Assembly (NCBI RefSeq): GCF_006345805.1
Contig: NC_042999.1
Span: 93,868,001 to 93,932,000 of the forward strand
Source: Octopus sinensis
Lineage: Eukaryota
Direction of reading: 5' to 3'
DNA length: 64,000 nt
Every line of letters begins with the position of its first letter. Positions within the stretch are counted from its first letter, which is position 1. This document shows, piece by piece, positions 54,076 to 64,000 of the stretch. Position numbers and translations under genes: made by a program. The notes under the pieces were generated by a model that was not told where the DNA came from, searched no databases, and saw only the letters and a program-made list of their open reading frames with translations.

Positions 54076-54583
54076 AATAAACTTTGCATTTGATTTTTTA
54101 ATGTCTTTACCCCCATACTTTCGTGAGTTGAATTGAGCAAACACTATATGAGAGAGGTTTTCTTTAAGTATTAGAAATAGTTTTAAAAAAGCTTTTTTTA
54201 GCTACTATTTCTAATGAGTTCAGTATGCGGCAAAGTAATTTATTTTACTAAGCCCTTTTATATAATGTAATAATTTGAATTCGCCTTAAATGGTCCCTTT
54301 GCATACTGAATACTTGGTGAAATTGATTAATAATTAATTAATTTCACCCTCAATTGTTGAAATTATAATTCATCTCTCTCTATTTAATGCCTCGGATTTT
54401 ACCGAAAAAAGCATAGTGTTTACTGATTTTAACCCACGCTGGTGGAAAGGGGAGAGCAGAATTCTTCGCTTGCATATTTGAGTTTGCTGGCACTGTTAGT
54501 TTCGAGCAGATCTTCAGAAGCGATAAGAAGCCGAAAGGGTATGCTCCCACTTTCAGTGTTTTCAAATCCAAACCAAGGAGTTC

Positions 54584-54635
54584 TGAGCTGATGATAGAAA
54601 TGTCGAGTTGACTAATCTTGAAACGTACGTTCTCA
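54584..54635 (+). ncRNA. Minimal type-I hammerhead ribozyme (array copy 4)
   Basis: Stem I is tgag/ctca, the core is CUGAUGA, stem II is imperfect (aga/tct plus gtc/gac), followed by GAAA, the palindromic stem III ACGTACGT and a GUU site. Confidence 0.7.
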
Positions 54636-54929
54636 AATAACCTTTGCATTTGATTTTTTAATGTCTTTACCCCCATACTTTCGTGAGTTGAATTGAGCAA
54701 ACACTATATGAGAGAGGTTTTCATTAAGTATTAGAAATAGTTTTAAAAAAGTTTTTTTTTAGCTACTATTTCTAATGAGTTCAGTATGCGGCAAAGTAAT
54801 TTATTTTACTAAGCCCTTTTATATAATGTAATAATTTGAATTCGCCTTAAATGGTCCCTTTGCATACTGAATACTTGGTGAAATTGATTAATAATTAATT
54901 AATTTCACCCTCAATTGTTGAAATATATA

Positions 54930-54994
<65 letters not shown>

Positions 54995-55006
54995 CATACA
55001 CACACG

Positions 55007-55049
<43 letters not shown>

Positions 55050-55146
55050 TATATGTGTGTGGTGTGTGTGTGTGTACGTATGCTAGTGTGTGTGTGTGTA
55101 GATATAGATAGTTGTGAACATGTGTATATGGGTATTTATATATATA

Positions 55147-55189
<43 letters not shown>

Positions 55190-55198
55190 GTGTGTATA

Positions 55199-55249
<51 letters not shown>

Positions 55250-55546
55250 GTATTTATCTATCTATCTATCAATCAATCTATATATATATATGTGTGTGTG
55301 TGTGTGATTGTGTGTATACATGTACATGTGTATCTGTGTACATGTGTAATGTGTATTCATATGTGCATACATATTATAAGTATGATATATACACATATAA
55401 ATACATAGATACATATATTCACACAAATACACACATATACAACCAAGTATATATATATATATACGTATATAATACAAAAATAATAATCTGATATTTTATA
55501 ATATACTATATGATATATAATAATATATAATATATAACTCAGTGAA

Positions 55547-55886
55547 GGCGCGTGGCCCAGTGGTTAGAGCGTCGAGCTTACGATCGTGAGGTTGTGAGCT
55601 CGAATCCCGGACCGGGCTGCGTGTTGCGTTCTTGAGCAAGACACTTTATTTCACGTTGCTCCAGTTCACTCAGCTGTAGAAATGAGTTGCGATGTCACAG
55701 GTGCCAAGCTGTATCCGCCCTTGCCTTTCCCTTGAACAACATCGGTGACGTGGAGAGGGGAGGCTGGTACGCATGGGCGACTGCTGGTCTTCCATAAAAA
55801 CAACCTTGCCCAGACTTTTGCCTCAGAGGATAACTCTCTAGGTGCAAACCCATGGTCAGTGTCTGACCGAAGGGGGTCATCATCAT
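55547..55886 (+). mobile_element. Well-preserved tRNA-derived SINE
   Basis: A box TGGCCCAGTGG (55553), B box GAGCTCGAATCC (55596), a CTTGAGCAAGACACT central domain and a (CAT)n tail. Confidence 0.8.
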
Positions 55887-56009
55887 AACACATCTACACG
55901 CACGTACGCCCTTAGATGTGACTTAGCTTAATATTACACGCAAACGTGTACACCTATAAGTTCTCTCATACCTACACACATATGAAAACTTCAATATATA
56001 ATAAAAAAA

Positions 56010-57330
56010 GGCGCACTCGTATTCACACATCCGTTTTCCAAGCTGGCGCGAGTAGCACAGCTTGGCAAGAACTTGCAACGTCAGGCGCTGCAGAATGTTG
56101 CAGTCTGTCTCCTAGATACCCTTCCTAGCGCCTACTACTTTACAGAGTGTACCAGGTAATTTTTTGCGTGGCATCCACACCAATGCTTTTTGAATGTTGG
56201 CTTCGTTTTAGGATATTAATTTGATGTAGTGAACGGTCTTCTCGAGTACAGCAAAGCACCACATTTCCGTCGTCTTTCATCACCATCCTCAGATTCAGTG
56301 TTTTGAGTTCAGCCTTCAATACTTATTACTATACCTTCCTGAGTCTTCCTATTCAATAACTTTTCTCTAATCTAAGTGATCGGCAGTGCTTTATAGAACT
56401 TTCCGCATTCATTCGCATTACATGAGCAAACCAGTGCAATCTCTTCTCTTGCACACTGCATGTAATTCTTCTTACACGCAACTCCTCTCTCAATACACCA
56501 TTGCTCTCTCTTGGACATAAGCACTGGCATCGCACATCCAGCGGAGCATAACAGCTTTGTCCCCCCTCCCTGTATCCGCGTGCCCACACATTCAGGGTCC
56601 ATGTCTCACTATCATGCAGCATCGCAGTTGGTACACATGGATAATACAATCTTCTCTACACTTAGAGAGAGAGACATTTTGTTGTCAACAGATGTAAAAG
56701 CCTTCTGAACTTTCCACATCTTATTCTAATTCTGGCAATTATACTTTCTGTATAACATTCTCCATCTCTAATTAGGTCACATAGGTAGCAAATTTAATCT
56801 GCAACCCCCAGAGAGCAATTGAGGCATTTAAGGAAATCAGTTTCCAGTGTATCAGTGTATCTTTCACATAAAAAAAAAAATAATCTTCCAACTATTCCAA
56901 TGTATTTCGTCTGTGTCCATAGCTTGCACTGGTTATACTGAATGAAATTTCTTCCTACACCTTTCTTATAGAGCAGGGCAATTTACCGCAACGATAAAAG
57001 TTTCTGTCTGATTTCTTGCTTACTAAGACCATCTACCAAATTTACGTTCCAGTTTCTGTTTCCGTTTCTTTTTTACTTTTGTTACATATTCTGTTGAAGA
57101 TAAGATCATCAGTATATTGTAGTTCCCTTGGGAATCAAGTCTTTACTGTTATGGTATGGGGTATGATGATCAATAAGAAGGGTTGAGGACTGTCCCTCGA
57201 TGGACACCAACCTGTACACAAGATTCTTCATTCTACCCTCGGCAGTTTTTCAGCTTATCACCAACATCCCAGTACATAGCCTGTACTACTTTCACTAGCC
57301 ATTCGTCTATCCACTGTTGCCACAGAGACA
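56010..57330 (-). pseudogene. RTE-clade LINE 3' relic (RT C-terminal part plus 3' UTR)
   Basis: PTAMLHDSETW..LREEL..VQEKRLHWFAHVMRM, FCYLCDLI..ESIIARIRI, and an eroded VGVHxG near 57200. Confidence 0.75.
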
Positions 57331-58739
57331 TAAACATAAACATATAACCCTCATATTCAGACATATATTTATTCATACGTAGTCACATATCCATAGATGC
57401 AATAAACCTAGATAGAATTAAGTATATATGATATTGTCAACTTCCAAACGGGCATGAATAGATATGTTCATGTATACACAGCTGCATGTATACGTACTTA
57501 CATCGTGATCATATTGTCATCAAAACCTGTATATTTTTCAGACAACACGTTAGCTGTTGCTTCGATTAGCTGTTACATGTTAGTATCTATTTATTTACGT
57601 TCCGGTAATTGAGATATAGTAAATGCTTGTTTCGTGGATAAATTCCTGATGTATCGTCAATTGAATTTTACCGTCCATTTACCTGGAAGTTCTGAGAAAT
57701 TTGTGTTTATTTGATATCATGCTAACACTTCGCCGATTCCGTAATCTTCTACCAACTTACAAGTATTTTAAATCATGTCATTGCACAAAGGCTGTTTACT
57801 ATGTAGTCTTCAGCGGTTACAATGAAACTCCATTGCTGTCTAAAACAAATACCTTTCGACTTTAAGAACTAAATGTGTTCTACTCACGATGTTGTCTTAG
57901 TAATTTTCTGTTGTTAAATGTATGTCTATGTATGGTATCGATGCAATTAAATTTATATAATGTTGAACTGATGTACTATATATTGTTATTTAACTTTAAT
58001 GCAATATATAATATGATTATATAATATAATGCATAGGTTATTCTATATTTAAATGTGAATGTTTTGAGTCGGATATTGTATGAGATTTGTAGCAATTGGA
58101 TTCTTAGTATCAATAAATATATTTGGTTGTTCTTGCATGTTTCTCCTTTTATTCAAATTTTGATGGATATATTTTTAGTATTAGAGTGTATTCTTTTGTA
58201 TCTTCACTATTCGAAATTTGAGATTTTACCCTTATGTGAAATACGGTACTGCCTTTCTATTTGACATTTTCCACTTCCTATAATAGCTTGAGATATGAAT
58301 CCTCAAGTTAGTTTTCTCTTAATAATTCAATGTTAAAAGGATTTTCTTCGCTGTTCCATCTATTAAGGATATTTTGTCATTGGCTGAGAGCTAAGATCAT
58401 CATTTAGACGTTCTGCAACATACATAAGAGAATAGAGAGATTTTATCATTTCAGTACTTGAATTTTGCTTCAGGTTTCCCAACAGCATCCGTGGTAAGGC
58501 CCCGGTTTTCCTGGGGTTGTGAGGGTCATGGAATCAATGCTAAATTGCAATTACTAGCTGGTCCGTTCTGACCCGGAACAGTAGTACTTGTGAGGATTTC
58601 TGTGTGGTTTAAGTCGTATTTTATAAAGCCTTGGGTAAAACAGTTCCTCTTGAAATTGAGACTCCTGCTTTGAACTTGCGACTGTGATGATATCAAACTG
58701 AATATGAATTTAAGAATCATATCAAAAGCTGAAACTACG

Positions 58740-59023
58740 TCAGTTACAACGACGACTGTCCCAGCTGATCCGATCAAAGGAACAGCCTGCTTGCGAAATT
58801 AACGTCCAAGTGGTTGAGCACTCCATAAGCATGTGCACCCATAACGTAGTTCTCAGAGAAATTCAGCATGACACGGAATGTGACAATGCTAGTTTTGAAT
58901 TCTGCTTGTTGAGTTGGCTGGAACAATGTAAAATAAAGTACCTTATTTAAGAATACAATGCGCCTCCAGGGACCGAACTCACGACCTTATGAATACCTTA
59001 GCGGGTAAGTCACGTGCCTTCAC
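58740..59023 (-). mobile_element. tRNA-derived SINE with a long conserved tail, diverged
   Basis: The minus head GTGAAGGCACGTGAC..GTCGTGAGTTCGGTCCC is similar to the 55547 head; the tail is CCCAGCTGATCCGATCAAAGGAACAGCCTGC. Confidence 0.6.
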
Positions 59024-60408
59024 AAGAAATGCATTATAAATATGTGTATGCATGCATTTGTGTCTGTATGATACCTAAGATGCACTAGAACTTGAAAAGT
59101 TTCTTTGTTCAAATTTAGAAAACCTAGAGTAACTTCAAGAATAAAAAATAAAGCACGAAAGATACTCACCAAGTAACTATACTTTCACATTGGATGCACA
59201 ATGGAGAATAGTTACAAAATACGTATCCTTCGTTCATTTCGGTATTTGTGTTTTGATGTAAGTGTTGAATGCTAACTTACTTGTTCTCATCTACCTATAT
59301 ATTGTTTCATACGTTGTATTTATGTTTTCATGCAAATCTCAAATTGCTTACCTGCTTTGAAATACCTTCAGGGTTGCAACGTTTTCCACAGCGCAATTAT
59401 TCGTTGTAGATTTTCTATAAAATTAATGTATCAATACTTCTATCTAGTTTACGTTGTATATTAACTGTATTTTAAAAAGTGCATCATCTAACATCGATTC
59501 TAATAGCAAATTGAATTTTATTACAAATATTCGAAATATCTTAAAATTCATATAAATTTAATTGATATTCTATATGTCGCACAAAGACAGATACTAATGT
59601 TTTGATGACATACATTTCTTTAGAATCTCGATAAAATGGTTTTCAATTCTGGTAACTGCAGAAAGAAAATACCGTTATACGTGCTATACATGTATTGTTT
59701 AGAACATGTCGCAGTTATTGATTTTCACTTTCTGAAGAATGTTTTGAAGACTCATTGGGATATCCAAAAACTGTTGTATTCAATAGAACAATAATAACGT
59801 TGCTGAAAGAAAACTTCCCTCAATAAATCCGAACAGGAAATATTAAATTGAAATGTGATGTGCAAATTGTAAAACTAGAAATTTGATTTTTAAAACTGAC
59901 CCAAATTATAATGAAATAATTACAATGATAGTAATTTAATTCATGCTATTTTTTCCTCACTGCATGATTATTTCAAGATGCCCTTTTTAATGCTCATTGC
60001 ATTAGTTAACAGATTCATTTAGTTGTGTATTGCACTCTAACGTAGCTTGAACACCCACGTTTCTTCTAGCACTACTGCTATGTTAAGAAACATAATGTTG
60101 ATGAATTACTTGATTGCACAACATCTACCCACCAAACTATTTACTATTCGATAGAGCTCCGTCAACAGAGAATATATAAAACTGAAATACATCACCGTCC
60201 GATGATAGCTTACCAGGTTGAAACTTTCAAGTTACTGTCAACATTAATCTTGCTAAAGAATAATAGATTTTTTATTCAACAAATATATGCAGTCATCTTG
60301 TGAATTAATACACAATGTATTTTATTATAACTGAGGACAAAATCAAACATGAACACACACATACATACGTATACACACACACACACAACACACACACACA
60401 CACACACA

Positions 60409-60445
<37 letters not shown>

Positions 60446-60502
60446 ATGTGTATATATATGTGTATATATGTATATGTATATTTATATGTGCGTATGAGGG
60501 GG

Positions 60503-60610
60503 AAGGCTGGTAGAATCGTTTCCACGCCGAGCTTAATGCCTCGCGGTATTTCGCCCGTTTTTACTTCATTAAAATTCGTGTTGAAACGCCATCGATGTCG
60601 ACTTCGCAAT
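60503..60610 (+). mobile_element. Diverged SINE 5' fragment
   Basis: GGCTGGTAGAATCGTT..GCGGTATTTCG..GTCGACTT. Confidence 0.45.
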
Positions 60611-63600
60611 TAAGTCCTGGAAATTTAAAAGTTGAGATTTCAAAACTGAGAGTTCAAACGGTACATATTCGAACTGGCCGCCAACAGCTAGAAACAGACG
60701 AATAAGTAAATTAACGGATTAAGTTCGCCAGTGTTTCCTGTAGGAATATCTTTACGTTTCGGACGGAAAGAATTATATATTACACAAATTCTGAAGCTAC
60801 CACGAATAACTTTTCTCAGCAGAGTCCACATTGCTTGATTCTGACTCCCTTTACCTTTAATACCTGTCATTCATGAAAGGGGAAAAACATTTCATATAGT
60901 GTATTCACTAAGAAATAAATGTTTCATCAACAATGATTTACCAACCGGTGATAGAAGAAAAATCACTGATGCATGTAGCATAATGCTATGGGATCTGCAC
61001 ATTTAAGAGCAACAAACTCAGTGATTTATTAATATAACAATAGTACTGCACTTCAAAGATTGTGAACAACACGGTACGCGTTGTTATCCACTGAGTGGAT
61101 TACTTCCAATTTCCAATATACCTTAAATTACGTACGCAAATTTCCACATAGCAAACTTCAACAACCAAATTGAAGAACAATAGAAAATAAGCAGCCTTCA
61201 TATTCGTCGGATTCTAGCAGGGTTGCTGTCAAGCAATAATTGAACGTAGTTTAATTTTTCTTAAAAATAAGATCTGTTGAACCAATAAGGTGATCATAAA
61301 TCTAAGCCAAGCGATTAATTTAATTCGAGATTTTCAGTTGCTATGAAATAATTTATCCTATGCAGCTTCTATTTTAATCCTGTACTATTAGGCATAATCT
61401 ACAGCATAAATAAATAGTTTAAATGAATAGCCATGATTCAGTGTCGCACCATAAAAACCGAATTTTTGCTTTATTACATTGTGTACGATAAGTGCACAGT
61501 AAACTGATGTATCTGTGTTTCTTAAATAGCAATGTTATATGTTAGTGAAAATGCACAATGGCGTAGTTTTTAAGATATGTGGTCTTTGGTTCATTCTAAA
61601 ACTAAATAGAATTATAAAGTAAGTGTCAATCCATTTAGATTCACCGCAGGATAATGGCTTACTCTAGAAATAAGTCTTTGTTATATCGTGAGATTAACTA
61701 ATTATTGGATAGTCAACTAATAAAGTTCATTTTACCATCAACAGCCTGTTAAAATATAAGAGCCAGAACAAACACGTAAGATTTGTTTTTCCGATGCGCT
61801 AATGACTCTACCAACTGAATGAAATTCTATTTTCCCGTCTCGTTGATCTATATACATTAGTACTTAAAACATAGACCTATATAGATAAATCTAATACGAT
61901 AAAATAGCAAGATTTATTTGTATTTAGGGTATTTTGTTTCTTAATATCACACCTTTATAACATTTAACGCAGGCTCATTTATACCACAGTCCTACTCTTG
62001 GGCAATGTATCCTGAATCGATAACTAATCCATTCGGGATTAGTTATATGTTCATTTTGATACTCACTGTAAAATATATCAATATAATTGTAATGTTTAAA
62101 ACGTAAATTCAAAAACATTAGGAAATTAGACAGATACCTCAACACAAAATCATTCTCCATTAGTGCAAATACAACTTAGAAAATAGAATACCTGAGATTT
62201 TTATTTCCATCTGCATCTAGAACATTGATTTCAGTAAAAAAATTGTGATGACTTCATTTTGATTGCAACAGATATAGATTTTAGTGAAAAGGAAAGTTGA
62301 ATCAAATTATTATTATCATTAAAAGAAATGCATTAATATATGTTAAAGACAGAGTAAATTAGTATTTGCTCATTTTTTCTAATAATGTAGCAGTCTGCTA
62401 CAGGATACTATAGGATACTATGCATAAAAATATTCCTCGATATATGTTTTTAGTATATATCGAACTAATATATACATGTTAGTGTGTAGCTATTCAATGG
62501 AGTTTTGTTTTCAGAAAAGCTAAAGTGTTATTTTACTTATTATATATAATATTTTGTGAGTGTGGATTCTGAAGGTTTTGTCTGTGCTTCTCCAATTTTA
62601 ATTTCCGATACATTACGTAGATCACATAAAATTCGGAAACGGTAAACATCAATGCAAATTTGGATTCGATATTATAACATCGATTCATTGCACCGTCTTT
62701 ACATGTACTTTCGATAAAGTACGGAAAGAGTCATATGAGAAAATTGTATACGATTTTCTAAAGTCCATACTTACTAATTGCTTATTTACAATAAATTGAA
62801 AGACAACAGTCCTTTCAATCGTTGTCTAGGTAAAGAAAATAGACACACATCATTATATGTTCAAACAACAAGATATAATTATGTAAGGATGAATGGTTGT
62901 AATTTATATAATATCGCATTATCAGGAAAATACACATTTGCGCGCCCCAGAAATAAACAACTGAACAACTATTTACGGAAAATTTAATTCCTATTTGATA
63001 ATTAATTAAAGCTTTGATTAAAAATTCCTTTGTTAACCGTTGTTTACTGAATTAAGGGTGCAAAGATTAATTGAACAAAGTGACTTTCAAACAATATAGT
63101 TAGTAGGAGAGATGAGGTGTTCTTTGAAATTGGACAACAAATACATGTTTTATAGTATTGCATATTTACTATAATCAAATCGATTGCTGCATCAAATAAA
63201 ATTGCATTTAATTTTCACCTCGTGGTGTAAAGTAGGGATATTAATGGAACATGTGTTTGTGTCATTTCAAACAGAAACCAAAAGTCAAAATTTATTCTCT
63301 TAATAATCAAATGTAAAGATAGTGTAGAGTAGGTTATAAGATGCATTAATGATATCTAGGATAACTAGTTAATCGATATATTATTCTTTACACCATCCAT
63401 TATAAATGAACTTGCGCGTATGAATATTGTAACTGGAGATTTATGTAAAATAGGAAACTTCATTCTAATCTCAATGTATTGTAATTCTGTGTCATCCATT
63501 AAACTGAACACAATTGCAATTGTAAATTGTCATTAAATTCCAATTCATTCTCAATTACAACTGCTTTTTCTTTCATAATACAGAAGTATTTACATAGCGC

Positions 63601-63644
63601 TACTATTTTGTTCATATCTCTCATATATATTCATATACATTCAT

Positions 63645-63659
63645 ACACACACACACACA

Positions 63660-63720
<61 letters not shown>
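63645..63720. repeat. (CA)n microsatellite
   Basis: Direct inspection. Confidence 0.95.
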
Positions 63721-63724
<4 letters not shown>

Positions 63725-64000
63725 ACACATACAAACATTTATTTAAAAAATAGGAAATGGATGCGTTAGGTGCTCGGTGAAATCCACATTTAATAATTTG
63801 ATAGCTGTTCGTAATAGTTATCACTTTAAAATCACTACGCAGCATGAGCCCGTAGGTCATGCCGCTCAATGTCTGAAAACAATTTATCTTATCAAACTTC
63901 AGATGCCGGATGGAGTTTTCTACTGAGCAGGCATGTTCACGCAGGAATACTCAGTGTGCTGGCCTGCACTATGTTAATGGTACGGGTATGTTTTCATCGC

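Larger units (their letters stand above)
52324..54924. repeat. Inverted array of ~560-bp HHR-bearing units (2 units plus ~70 bp in one orientation, ~2.5 units inverted), flanked by (TA)n
   Basis: Unit starts at 52324, 52885 and 53445. The inversion junction is at ~53516. The repeated 90-aa ORF pairs 52450/53010 and 53868/54380 confirm the period. Confidence 0.92.

Noticed and set aside
52450-54700. Four copies of a 90-106 aa ORF (MLNSTHESMGV..)
   Set aside because: They start at a TTG, are antisense to the HHR strand, have no recognisable domain and are repeated only because the unit is repeated.
55547-55620. tRNA gene
   Set aside because: A and B boxes are present, but there is no closing acceptor stem and the sequence continues into a SINE body and tail.
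59160-59300. Strong minus-strand donor GTGAGT at ~59168
   Set aside because: I found no matching acceptor or recognisable open exon.

Overview
AT-rich, microsatellite-dense eukaryotic DNA. The SINE families and repeat landscape resemble an Octopus-like cephalopod genome (inference). I found no convincing host gene; the window is mostly transposon-derived. (1) A near full-length but disabled CR1-group LINE (~43190-47742, -) has a reconstructed ORF1 combining a Myb/SANT-like (trihelix) domain with four CCCH fingers, plus an APE-RT ORF2. (2) Several Penelope-like (PLE)-type structures carry minimal type-I hammerhead ribozymes (HHRs) and sit in (TA)n tracts. These include a 6.8-kb zero-spacer palindrome with an HHR at each outer end, and an inverted array of ~560-bp units with four intact-looking HHRs. 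(3) There are three non-autonomous Helitrons, two of them head-to-tail, and a 1.71-kb tandem duplication. (4) Relics of mariner, Tc1, DD37D/maT, RTE, CR1, RLE-type LINE and PLE RT are present, along with many tRNA-derived SINEs. All calls come from manual reading of motifs; no searches or folding programs were run.
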